Assembly (NCBI GenBank): GCA_963765765.1
Contig: CAVXYC010000026.1
Location: 28,030 to 92,029 of the forward strand
DNA from: an uncultured Chloroflexia bacterium
Lineage (GTDB): Bacteria; Chloroflexota; UBA6077; JACCZL01
DNA length: 64,000 nt
Direction of reading: 5' to 3'
The position numbers and the translations under genes were made by a program. Under the pieces are notes generated by a model. That model ran no database searches. It saw only the letters and a list, made by a program, of their open reading frames with translations, and had not been told where the DNA came from. Shown piece by piece: positions 50,625-61,187 of this stretch. Position 1 is the first letter of the stretch. Each line of letters starts with the position of its first letter.

Positions 50625-52355
50625 TCAGTGCGTGGCCGCTTGTCGGTCTTCGCTCAGGCGCATCTGGAGCACCAGCAGTGAAATGATGAACATGAGCAGC
50701 ATTACCGCCATGGCGCTCACCACCCGCGTCTGACCCTCGGAGAAAAGGACGAAGATCATGACGGAGATGGGCATCGATGCCGCGCTGAATAGCAGGACGA
50801 CGACTCCGAGATTGCGGATAGCGTCGACGCAGACGATGACCCAGCCAGCCATGAACCCGCGCTTGATGAGACCGAGCATGATGTAGAAGAAGGTCTGGAA
50901 CCAATTCGCTCCGTGAACCCGTGAGCTCTCTTCAAGCTCCCTGGCGATCTGCACCTGAGTGCCAGTCATGAGCCGTACGGCGAGCGGGAGCGTTGTCGTG
51001 ACCACCGCCACAATGAGAATGCCGATCGTTCCATAGAGCTGGATGGGGCCGGGAAGGGAGATGTAAGCCCACAGCATCGCAATGCTCAGCACAATTCCCG
51101 GAACCGTCCACGGCACCCAGGACAGCATGTCGAGCAGCTTCTTCCCCGCAAAGTCAGTGCGGACAATGACGTACGCCACGACGGATGCCAACAACATTCC
51201 GGCCGTGGCTGAGCCCAGCCCAAGAATGAGTGTGTTCTTGAGCATGTTGACCATTTTGCTCGTGGCGAAGACCTGCTGGTAGTTGGCCAATGTCCATTTA
51301 TCGGGCGAGTACACGCCGGTAGCTGGAGAAAGCGAATTCAGCAGGAGTGCGCCGAAGGGAAGTGCAAACGAAACCAGGAAGAACGTCACGCACAGGCCGA
51401 AGACGACCCAGCGGAAGGGCCCGAGTCGCGACGGCTGAGTGCGGAAACTCTTACCCGAGACGGTCGTAAATCTCCGACCTCCGAGCAGCCGTGTCTGGAT
51501 GAGCGCCAGGGCGAACGTGAGGGCCAACAACGATACAGACAACGCCATAGCCGGCGGGTAATGTGCTGGGAAGTCGTGAAGCAACGTGTAGATCTGGGTG
51601 GTAAAGACGTAGATGCCGGCCGGTTGGCCAAGGAACAGCTCCAGCTCAAACGACTCCATGTAGCGAATGAAGCTCAGTATCGTCACGCCGAGTATCGCCG
51701 GCATCATGAGCGGCATCGTGACATGAAAGAACGTCTTGAGCCGATTGGCGCCCGACATAGTCGACGATTCCTCGAGCGTGGCGTCCATGGCCCGGAACGC
51801 CGGGACGAGCAGCAGCACTTTGAGCGAGACGAACTGAATCACGCCTACCCAGACGATGCCGCCGTAGGAGTACACGTTGAATGGCCCCTGCTCAACGTGG
51901 AAGATGTCCTTCCATATCTGGTTGAGCAGCCCCGCCTTGGGGCTGGCTAGCATCGCCCAGGAAATGGTCATCAGGAGCGTCGGCGCCGCGAACGGCGCGA
52001 TGAGCATAAGCTCCACGACTCGCTTGTACGGCACATCAGTTCGAGTGATGACCCAGGCGAAAAAAATAGCCAGACCCACGCTCAAAACCGTGCGAATCAC
52101 ACTCAGAACCAGCGTATTGCCAAATGCTCGGTATGTGGCGCCGTCCGAATACGCCTCCACCCAACCGTCCAGGCTTGGTGTCGCCGCTGCGCCCGGGGGT
52201 ACGCCGGCAATGCTTCCCCAGAAAAGCATGGAAAGGGGGTAGAGCACAAGAAAGGCCACGAAGATGGTGAGCGCCCACATGGCTACAGTGGCGGCAGATG
52301 GTCTTCGAAGAGCCCGCGAAGCTCTAGACGAGGGAAGTGCGACGGAACTAGCCAC
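50625..52355 (-). CDS. ABC transporter permease, Fe3+/polyamine type
   Basis: Two EAA loops (LEESSTMSGA, LEESSRVHGA). Confidence 0.93.
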   Translation of the reverse strand: MASSVALPSSRASRALRRPSAATVAMWALTIFVAFLVLYPLSMLFWGSIAGVPPGAAATPSLDGWVEAYSDGATYRAFGNTLVLSVIRTVLSVGLAIFFAWVITRTDVPYKRVVELMLIAPFAAPTLLMTISWAMLASPKAGLLNQIWKDIFHVEQGPFNVYSYGGIVWVGVIQFVSLKVLLLVPAFRAMDATLEESSTMSGANRLKTFFHVTMPLMMPAILGVTILSFIRYMESFELELFLGQPAGIYVFTTQIYTLLHDFPAHYPPAMALSVSLLALTFALALIQTRLLGGRRFTTVSGKSFRTQPSRLGPFRWVVFGLCVTFFLVSFALPFGALLLNSLSPATGVYSPDKWTLANYQQVFATSKMVNMLKNTLILGLGSATAGMLLASVVAYVIVRTDFAGKKLLDMLSWVPWTVPGIVLSIAMLWAYISLPGPIQLYGTIGILIVAVVTTTLPLAVRLMTGTQVQIARELEESSRVHGANWFQTFFYIMLGLIKRGFMAGWVIVCVDAIRNLGVVVLLFSAASMPISVMIFVLFSEGQTRVVSAMAVMLLMFIISLLVLQMRLSEDRQAATH

Positions 52356-52403
52356 AGCGACTCCAGAAGGTCAACAAGCTCTCTGGTTGGGTCGAACGTT
52401 GCC

Positions 52404-53579
52404 TCACGGGTTAGGGAAGTACTTCTTGACTTGCTCACCCATTTCGTTCTGTTTGGTGAGACGATCGGCAAAGGTAACGCCCGCCCACGGACCGGCGGTT
52501 TCGAGGCTCAGCCACTTTTCCTTGGTGGGCACATCCTTGCGCACCACGACCTCAGAGCCCAGTTCGGCTTTGACTTGCTGGCCTTCCTTTGACGCTTCCC
52601 ATTCAATCCATAGTTTCGCGGCGTTCGGATGTGGCGCTCCCTTCGGAATCACCATGTTCGTGATCGAATAGTAGGAGCCTTCCTTTGGAATGATGAAGCG
52701 GGTGTGCGGGCCCTTCTTGGCTTCATAGTTGTTCGTCGTCGTGGGTACGCCCAGGCCCTGCTCTCCACGTGCCACGTCCTCGGCGATCTTCGCTGGGTTC
52801 GATTCCATGGCGAGGTCGTTCTGCGCGAATGCCCTCAGGAACTCATCGGCCTTCGGCCCCTGCGTCTGGGTCCAGAACCAGGTCAGACTTTGCCCCGCGC
52901 CGGGTCGGCGTGGGTCGTACCAGAGAATCTTCCCCTTGTACTTCGGATCGGCCAGGTCCCACCACGATGTCGGAAGATCGGCTTCCTTGACCACGTTGAC
53001 ATTGGCCATGATGCCCGAGGTGCTGGCGACGACGTTCGTCATATAGCCTTGCTCGTCCTCATCTGTCGGGAGCCAGGAGTACATGTTCCGCTCACGGACG
53101 ACGCTTGGAGCCTGCCACTTCTCGAGGATTCCGGCGTCGCGCATTGCCAGCGCGGGGTCAGTCGCTCCGCGCCAGATGTCGGCGACGACTTTGCCGGCCG
53201 CGACCTCAGTCCTAATGCGTTCCGCGGACTGGGGGCCAGTGCCGTACACCACATCGACTTCGATGCCGGGGTATTTCTTCTGGAAGGCCTCGATGTACGG
53301 CGCCTGCGTCTCTTCGATGAACGGGCCGTAGATGGTGACCTTGCCTTCTTTCCTGCCTGCCTCGACAATTGCCTGCCACTCCGCGTCAGCGCTCGCAGCA
53401 GATGGCTTGGTATCACTCGCGGGCTTGGCATCCGCCGCTGGCTTAGCCTCAGTGGCCGGCTTCGCGGCCTCTTTGGGAGCGCTGGTGGGCACAGGCGCGG
53501 CGGCCGATGAGCACGCGGTGGCAAAGAGCGCGACGGCGACGAGTCTCATGGCAGTAGCAGGAACCTGGGACGTCCTCAT
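52404..53579 (-). CDS. ABC substrate-binding lipoprotein
   Basis: ATAC lipobox, GRKEGKVTIYG, LADPKYKGKI, GAPHPNAAKLWIEW. Confidence 0.92.
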   Translation of the reverse strand: MRTSQVPATAMRLVAVALFATACSSAAAPVPTSAPKEAAKPATEAKPAADAKPASDTKPSAASADAEWQAIVEAGRKEGKVTIYGPFIEETQAPYIEAFQKKYPGIEVDVVYGTGPQSAERIRTEVAAGKVVADIWRGATDPALAMRDAGILEKWQAPSVVRERNMYSWLPTDEDEQGYMTNVVASTSGIMANVNVVKEADLPTSWWDLADPKYKGKILWYDPRRPGAGQSLTWFWTQTQGPKADEFLRAFAQNDLAMESNPAKIAEDVARGEQGLGVPTTTNNYEAKKGPHTRFIIPKEGSYYSITNMVIPKGAPHPNAAKLWIEWEASKEGQQVKAELGSEVVVRKDVPTKEKWLSLETAGPWAGVTFADRLTKQNEMGEQVKKYFPNP

Positions 53580-53669
53580 GTCATCTCCCGTAGGCGCACA
53601 GGCGCGAGACAAGAGTAGCGCCACAGATGTCCGGCGTAAAGGAAAAGGACTCGTTCGCTATCAGCCGAG

Positions 53670-53700
53670 TTGTCATCCTGAGCGCAGCGAAGGATGACAA
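53670..53700. repeat. REP-like hairpin (TGTCATCCTGAGCGCAGCGAAGGAT type)
   Basis: TTGTCATCCT-GAGCGCAGCGA-AGGATGACAA. Confidence 0.65.
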
Positions 53701-53746
53701 TTGTCGCTATCTTCTAGGGTTGAGTCCGTCAGGGATCAATCATCCC

Positions 53747-54878
53747 TTAATTCGCGAAGGTGTAGATGCTCTTTACGCGCTCGTTCATCGCCTCTTGCTT
53801 CGTGAGGCGATCAGCAAAGGGGATGCCTGCCCAGGGACCGGCCGTGTCCAGTCGCAGCCAGGTCTCCTTCGCGGTCACGTCCTTTCGGATTGCCACCTCA
53901 TAACCAAGGTCAGCCTTGAGCTGCTGGCCTTCCCTGGACGTTTCCCACTCGATCCACACCTTGGCGGCATTCGGATGCGGTGCGCCCTTCGGGATCACGG
54001 CGTTTCCGACCGAGTAATACAGGCCTTCCTTGGGTTGAATGAACCTGGTGTGTGGTGCTGCCTTCGGAAGGTATGACGTCCACGCGGATGGAGCACCGAT
54101 CCCATACTCCCCCCGCGCCACATCCTCCGCCAGCTTCGGCGCCGCCACTTCGTAGACCAGGTCTTGAGTGGAGAACGCCTTGTAGAAGTCGACAGCTTTC
54201 TGGCCATCCTTCTCAGTCATTGCCCAGGTCATGCTCTGGCCGCCACCGGGCCGCCGCGGATCACTCCACAGGATCTTGCCCTTGTACTTCGGGTCGGCCA
54301 GGTCATACCACGACGTTGGCGCGTCAGACCTCCTTGACGATGTTGGTGTTGACCATGATGCCGGACACCTGCGCAGCAACGTTGCTCAGGAATCCGCCAT
54401 CGTCCTCATCAGTCGGGAGAAAGGCGTACTGATCCCGCTCGTTGGTGAGACTGGGGGAGCGCCATTTCTCCAGGATTCCGTCACGGGCCATGAGGAGTGC
54501 CGGATCCGTGAAACTGCGCCACATGTCCCCCTGGACCTTACCGGCGGCAACCTCGGTCCGAATCTTCTCGGCTGCCTGAGGTCCGGTGGAGAAGACGACT
54601 TCGACCTCGATGCTCGGGTACTTGCTGTTAAACGCGTTGATGTATTGCTCGTACACCGCCTGGTCGAATTGGCCGTAGATCGTGACTTTGCCTTCTTTCT
54701 TGGCAGCCTCCACAACCCTTCCCCATTCCGCGGTGGCGCTACTAGCAGCAGGCTGATTTCCCCCCGCTGGCGCAGCGGCGCTGGGCTGTGCCGTAGGGTT
54801 GGCCGGCGCGGCAGCCGGGGCGCATGCTGAAACCAGCACAGCCAACGCGGTAACGGTCACATTGAACAGTCGGGGCAT
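53747..54878 (-). CDS. ABC substrate-binding lipoprotein, paralog of 52404..53579 (frameshift near 54325)
   Basis: GGAGG RBS, VSAC lipobox, shared LPTDED and ETAGPWAG/DTAGPWAG segments. Confidence 0.9.
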
Positions 54879-55011
54879 GGCAAGAATCCTCCGTTGGATC
54901 ACGCCAGCGATTGTGACAGGTTGTTGCTCCTCTTGAATAGGAAATTGAACTAAACATGGAGAAGGCGATTCGCCAGTGCAGTTCGTCAGCGGATATGCCA
55001 AGGCTGGACTG

Positions 55012-55036
55012 GACAGGCAAAGGCGCCTCTCCCACC
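55012..55036. repeat. GTAG-type REP-like element, reverse orientation
   Basis: GACAGGCAAAGGCGCCTCTCCCACC is close to the reverse complement of 28281-28305. Confidence 0.55.
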
Positions 55037-55046
55037 AAGAGTCTGG

Positions 55047-56112
55047 TTAGCCGGGATGACTCCACACGCGGATAACCTTCGAGTCGATCTCGCACCGGGC
55101 GCGGGACCCCCGTGGGAGGGCACTCGCGCCTGGCACAACTGCGCGGATCGTCGTCTCGCCAAGGCGCACGACGTATTCGGCGTGCGTCCCCAGATAAGCC
55201 GCGGTCTCAACCTCGCCAATCCAGTGATCATCGCCATTCGGAGGCATAAGACGGACGTCTTGCCAGCGGAATGCCAGGTCGACGTGTGCCCCATCTCGCC
55301 AATCGGCGTCACTCGGTAGCGCGATTGATGCGCCGCCCGCGTCTTCGATTCGTGCCACAGCCTGCCCCGCTTCATTTCTCGAAACGGTGGCTGCGAGGTG
55401 ATTAGACTGACCGAGGAAATCCATGACGAATCGAGTCCCGGGATGGTCATACACCTCATTCGGCGGACCCTGCTGCTCGATAAGGCCGCGGCTCATGACA
55501 ACCATATTGTCCGAGAGCACCATGGCCTCGGCCTGATCATGCGTCACGAAGATCGACGTCACGCCGACACGGGTCTGTATTGCCTTAATCTCAAAGCGCA
55601 TCTCCTCACGCAGCTTGGCATCGAGATTCGAGAGCGGCTCATCCAGTAGCAGCACATCTGGATCGAACACTAGCGCCCTCGCCAGAGCCACACGCTGCGC
55701 CTGACCGCCCTGAGAGCAGTGGCGCCGGACGGTTCTCCATACCGCTCATACCCACGGTCTCCAGCATCGACATCACGCGCTCACGGATGCTCCCCCTCGG
55801 AAACCCCTTCATGCGTAGCGGGTCAGGACATTCTCGAAGACGGACATATGGGGCCACAGCGCGTAGCTTTGGAACACCATACCCATGCCGCGCTTCTCTG
55901 GCGCGAGAAAGAATCCCTTTTCCGCTGAGCTCACGAGCTTGTCACCCACCAGATCTCGCCGCCATCGGGACGTTCCAGTCCGGCGATCATGCGCAGGGTC
56001 GTAGTCTTGCCACAGCCGCTGGGACCAAGCAGCGTCATGAGATCGCCCGCGTTGACCTCGTGAAGCTGATGCTGTCCACGGCTTTGAACGAGCCGTAGTA
56101 CTTGGTGATGTA
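55047..56112 (-). CDS. ABC ATP-binding protein (PotA/FbpC-like), frameshifted and 5'-truncated at the junction
   Basis: [46 protein letters not shown]; no start codon or RBS. Confidence 0.88.
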
Positions 56113-56124
56113 GTAGCCGCCAGA

Positions 56125-57024
56125 TTTCCCGTCGTACTTCGCCCGCTCCGGGCGTCAGCGGCGCCGGCTTCTTCGGCTCGTACTTGAAGAACCGGACGTA
56201 GTCGGCGACGCCCTCGACCAGCCAGCCGGGGTTGCCCCGGCCGCGGTAGCGCTGGACGCAGTGGACCGTCTCGTGGACCATCGCCCCGATGTCGTCCGGG
56301 TGCGTCCTTGAAGTACTTCACCGACCCGGTGATCCGCCCGCCGCCGGCCGCCGCCACGCCCTTGTAGTCGTTCTTCAGCGTCATCGTGATGACGGTGCCG
56401 CGGCTTGAACCCGTCGCTCTTCAGCTCCTCGCAGATCATCGGGTACTGCCGCTCGCAGACGCGGGCGGCCTTCTCGGCCCACTCCTTCATCTCCGGGGCG
56501 TCGGCGACGTTCACGCACGATCTCGACCGGGTACTTGAACGTCGCCACCGGCGGGTCCGACTCGACGGCGATCTCGCGGACGACGAGCGGGTGCTTCAGG
56601 TCGTCGGCCGGCTTGACGCGGACCGCCTGCACCTTGCTGCCCGCCGGCGTCGGCCCGCGGCGACGCCGTCGGCGAACTTCGCCAGCGGCTCGAACGTCTT
56701 GCCGTCCGCGGACACCTCCAGGCGTGCCGGCGTCGAGGGCGTCGCCGCCCTTCGGCCGGCCGGTGGTCACGGCGACGGACTTGACCGCCACCGGCTCGTC
56801 GAAGACGAGCGTGAAGTGGTCGGCCTTGCCGGCGTTCTTCGTCGGAGGCGAAGAACGTGTCCGGCGTCGCCGTCGAAGGCGAACTGGCGGATCTGGCCGG
56901 ACGCCGTGGCGAGCGTCGTCTCGACGACGGCCGCCACCGGCGGCTCGGCCGGCTCCTCCGCACGCGACGGCACGACACACGGCAGGGCCGCGAGGAGGCC
57001 GGCGAACAAACAACGTCGCATCAT
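56125..57024 (-). CDS. Basic secretory protein (BSP) family peptidase with N-terminal discoidin-like domain; frameshifted, 3'-truncated
   Basis: Signal peptide; [12 protein letters not shown] (HExxH), [14 protein letters not shown]; breaks off at AKYDG. Confidence 0.82.
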
Positions 57025-57025
57025 G

Positions 57026-58896
57026 TCACCGGTACTCGTACCCGACCTGGAACGTCACCCGGCCGTCGGGCAGGCGGCGGATCTCGGTGATGTGGACCGG
57101 CAGCCCGCCGCCCGCGGCGACCGGCTCGACGGCGTCGTGTCGGGCGTGAAGGCGTTGTTCGCCGCGCTCGGGTACGGCACCGCGGCGAGGTGGGCCGTCG
57201 GCCCCGCGGCCCCTCGACGCCGTGCGACTCCTCCAGGATCGGCCGGTCGTTGACCACGCGCCAGATCAGCAGGCCCTCGCCCGGCAGGTCGGCGTCGAAG
57301 CCCTTCTTGCGCGCGGTTCTCCAGCAGGAAGTACTCGCTGCCGTCGGGCCGCACCAGCACCTTGAAGCACTCCTTCGGCGAGTCCTCGACCGGCGCGAGG
57401 ACGAGCTTCTGCTTGACGCGTCGGGTCGATGACGGCCGGCTTGAGCCAGCCGAGCTTCTCCTTGCACCAGGCGCGACAGGTGCTGCGGCCGGCCGCGTCG
57501 GCGAGCGCGGTCGGACATGGCGCACCACGGCGCCGAGCCCCTCGGAGCCGGCGTTCTCGGTCCGGGCGGCCAGGTCCGGCAGGCCGAGCAGCTGGCCGAA
57601 CTCCTTGGCGAACGCCGCCGATCGGCGTCATCGTCGAGCCGCCCTCGGGGCCGAGGAGGTAGCGGCAGCGCTTGCCCTGGTACGCGACGACGCCGGCGTG
57701 CGGGTAGTAGACCGCCCCGCGGTTGGTCCGACCGGCTCGCCGGCGTAGACGAACAGAGGCCGTCGAAGTCCGTCGAGCGCGTCCTTGCCGTCGCGGGCGG
57801 TCAGCTTGTCGAGCGCCTCGGCCAGCAGGGCCGTCTTGTTGCTGGTGCCCGACCCTGGACGTAGTCGCCGCGCTTCTTGCCGACCTCGACCCAGTCGAAG
57901 ACCTTGCCCTCGACGCGGAACGCCGCCGTCGGACTGCTCGCGGAAGTAGTCGTTCAGGCTGCCGTGGACCGGCTGGCCGGTCGCGCTCTTGTCCTTGTAG
58001 GCGTCGCCCTGGCTGAACAGCGCCTTCTCCCACTCCTGCGGCGTGATCTTGGCGTTGTGCTTGACGTCGGGGAACTCGATGGCGACGACGGCCGAGGCGG
58101 AGGACGTCCTTCTTCCAGACGCGCGGCCGGGCGTCGCCGCCGGCCGCCGCCCGCCGCCGGCCGCGGCCGCGCCGCCCGGCGGTCGCGTCAGCGTCGCTTT
58201 GAGCTCGACGTCCTTGCCGTCGCGGCGGACGACGAACGTCAGCATGTCGCCCGGCTTCTTCTCGGCCAGCATGTCCGTCAGCCGGCCGCGCGCGGCGAAG
58301 TCCTTGCCGTCGAGCTTGACGACCCGGTCGCCGACCTTCAGCCCGGCCTTGGCGGCCGGCGAGCCGGCGGCGACCGGCTCGACGCGGACGCCCTTCGCCC
58401 TCCTTCGGCGTCGGCCGAGCGGCACGCCGAGCGACGGCCTGCGGCCCGGCCGCGCTTCATCGGCCGGCTGGTGGCGGCGAGCGTGGCGGTCACGTCGACC
58501 GGCTTGCCGTCGCGGACGCAGGCCGAGCTTGACCGTCTCGCCGGGGCCGTGGGCTTGCAGCCATTCGCGGAAGGCGTCCGGCGTCCGGACCGGCTGGTCG
58601 CCGACGCGGGTGACGACGTCGCCCTTCTTCAGCCCGGCCTTGGCGGCCGGCGAGTCGGGCTGCGACCTCCTCGACGACGAGCCGGCCCTTGTCGTCGCGC
58701 TGCGACGCGCGACGCCGAGGTAGCCGGTCTGCCCGGTGCGCCGGCGGGCCGGCGGCTGATCGCGGCGGCTGGCGGCGCTACGGTCGGCGGTCGGACAGGT
58801 CCGGCGTCGGCGGGCTCGGCTCGCCGCGGCAGGCGTAGGCCGGCACGCCAACGGACCCGGCAGGCTCGGACGGCCGAGGACGAGCTGCGAATCCAT
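57026..58896 (-). CDS. PDZ-PDZ-M6 metalloprotease-like protein with degenerate zinc motif (many frameshifts)
   Basis: SPAAKAGLK PDZ motifs, IEFPDVKHN, GSLNDYFREQS, FAKEFGQLLGLPDL, EYFLLENR, GLLIWRV. Confidence 0.8.
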
Positions 58897-59002
58897 CGTA
58901 GCTCTGCAGGGAACGGCTCGCTGAGGGCGGTCGCAGCACCGGTTGCGACGACGAGTCCAAGCGGTCACTCACAGCCGCGCTCTCGCAGGCTGGCGGATGT
59001 GC

Positions 59003-60861
59003 TCACTGGTACTCGTACCCGATGTGGAACGTGATCCGCCCGTCGGGCAGCCGGCGGATGTTGGTGATGTGGACCGGCAGCCCGCCGCCGAGCTGCGACC
59101 GGCTCGACGGCGTCGTGAACGGCGTGAACGCGTCGTTCGCCGTGCTCGGGTACGGCACCAGCGCCGGGAACACGCGCGGCCCGCGCGGCCCGGCGACGCC
59201 GTGCGACTCCTCCAGGATCGGCCGGCCGCCGACCACGCGCCAGATCAGCAGCCCCTCGGCCGGCAGGCTCGCGTCGAAGCCCTTCTTGCGCGCGGTTCTC
59301 CAGCAGGAGGTACTCGCTGCCGTCGGGCCGGACCAGCACCTTGAAGCACTCCTTCGGCGAGTCCTCGATCGGCGCCAGGATCAGCTTCTGCTTGACCGTC
59401 GGGTCGATGACGGTCGGCTTGATCCAGCCGAGCTGCTCCTTGCACCAGGCGCGAGAAGTGCTGCGGCCGGCCGTTGCCGCGCCTGGTTGGACATCAGCGC
59501 ACCAGACGCCGAGCGCCCTCGCATGCCGGGGTTCTCCGGCCGGGCGTACAGGTCGGGCAGGCCGAGCATGTGGCCGAACTCGTGGCAGAAGACGCTGATG
59601 TTGTCCATCCGCTCGCCGCCCTCGGGGCAGATGAAGTACGGCCACGCTTGCCCTTGTAGCGACACGCTGGAGCGGTGCGGCCAGTACAGGCTGCCGCGCG
59701 GCCGCCTGCATCCGGCCGCCGGCGTACATGAAGAACACGCCGTCGAAGCCCTTCAGCGCGTCCTTGCCGTCGCGGGCGAGCAGCTTGTCGAGCGCCTCGG
59801 TCAGCAGGGCCGTGCGGTTGCTGCCCGTTGCCGTACTCCGCCCGCTTCTTGCTCACCTCGACGTAGTCGAACACCTTGCCCTCGACTGCGAGCTTGCCGT
59901 ACGACTGCTCCAGGTAGTAGTCGTTCATGCTGCCGTAGACCGGCTGGCCGGTGGCGCTGGTCTTGGTGTAGGTGCCCGTGCTGAACAGCGACGTCTTCCC
60001 AGTCCTTCGGCGTGATCTTCTGGTTGTGCTTCACGTCGGGGTACTCGATGCCGATGATGCGCGAGCTTGTAGACCGGCTTGCGTCCAGTAGCCGCCGCCG
60101 CGGCCGCCGCGCCGCCGCCGAGCCCGCCGCCGCCGCCGCCGGCCGCCGGCCGGCCTCGCGCCGCCGAGCGTCACCTTCATCTCGACCGCGCTTCTCGGCG
60201 AGCAGCAGCGTCAGCGTCACCGTGTCGTCGGGCTTCTTGCGCGGCGAGGACGTCGCGGAGCTTGTCCGGGCCGGTCACGGCGGTGTCGTCGATCTTGAGG
60301 ATGACCTCGCCGGCCTTGAGCTTGGCCCGCTCGGCCGGCGAGCCGGGCGATGACCTGCTCGATCGTCACGCCCTCGCCGTCCTTGACCGTCGCCACCTGC
60401 ACGCCGAGCACGGCCTGCGGCTTGGCCGGCGGCCATCGGCCGGCTCAGGGCGTCGAGCGTGGCGGTCACGTCGACCGGCTTGTCCTGGCGCGTCGAGCGG
60501 CGAGCTTGACGGCGTCGCCGGGCGGACTTGGCCCGCGAGCAGGTCGTAGAAGGCGTCCTCGTCCTTGACGTCGGCTTGCCGTCGATCCGGAGCGAGCACG
60601 TCGCCGCGCTGGACGCCGGCCTTGGCGGCGGGCGAGTCGGCGGCGACCTCGGCGACGGTCAGCCGGCCGTTGGGGCCGGGCGCGACGTGGACGCCGAGGA
60701 AGCCGGGCCGCGGCGCGGGCGCGGGCGCCCGGCCTTGGCGGGCGGTGGCGGCGGCGATGGCCTTCTCGACGGTGCGGTAGTCGGCCAGGTCGGGGTCGGC
60801 GGCGGACAGCGCCGCCGCCGAACAGAAGGACGGGAATGAGAGCGAAGCAATGGCGGTTCAC
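59003..60861 (-). CDS. PDZ-PDZ-M6 (immune inhibitor A-like) metalloprotease (many frameshifts)
   Basis: Signal peptide, PDZ motifs, IEYPDVKHN, MNDYYLEQSYG, VFCHEFGHMLGLPDLY, EYLLLENR. Confidence 0.85.
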
Positions 60862-61032
60862 GGCAGCACTCCAGCGGGACGTTCGGGGACGGCTCGCGGA
60901 TGGTGACCGATGGCACGACGGGTTGAAGGAGTTCTATCCGATGAGTGCGTCACGGTCTGCCGGCGGAGTCCACGATTCTGTGTCAGTGTACAACCCGCAA
61001 CCGGCCGGGTGTTCCGCCGGCTCGATGCCTTG

Positions 61033-61097
61033 GTTGAATCCCGGCCTTCAGGCGGGGTGCGAGTCCGACAGCCCCGGCCTGAAGGCGGGGTTCAGCC
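61033..61097. repeat. Imperfect REP-like inverted repeat
   Basis: GGTTGAATCCCGGCCTTCAGGCGGGG ... CCCCGGCCTGAAGGCGGGGTTCAGCC between divergent genes. Confidence 0.55.
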
Positions 61098-61187
61098 GGA
61101 TCGGCCACCGAAACATCTGCCCGCCCGGGGTGGTATACTGGGGAGATCCACACACCTCCCAACCTCCGCGAGGACGAGCCGATGACC

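Noticed and set aside
55931-56281. Apparent BSP peptidase-ABC ATPase fusion ORF
   Set aside because: It is produced by the junction and frameshifts; both parent genes are truncated.
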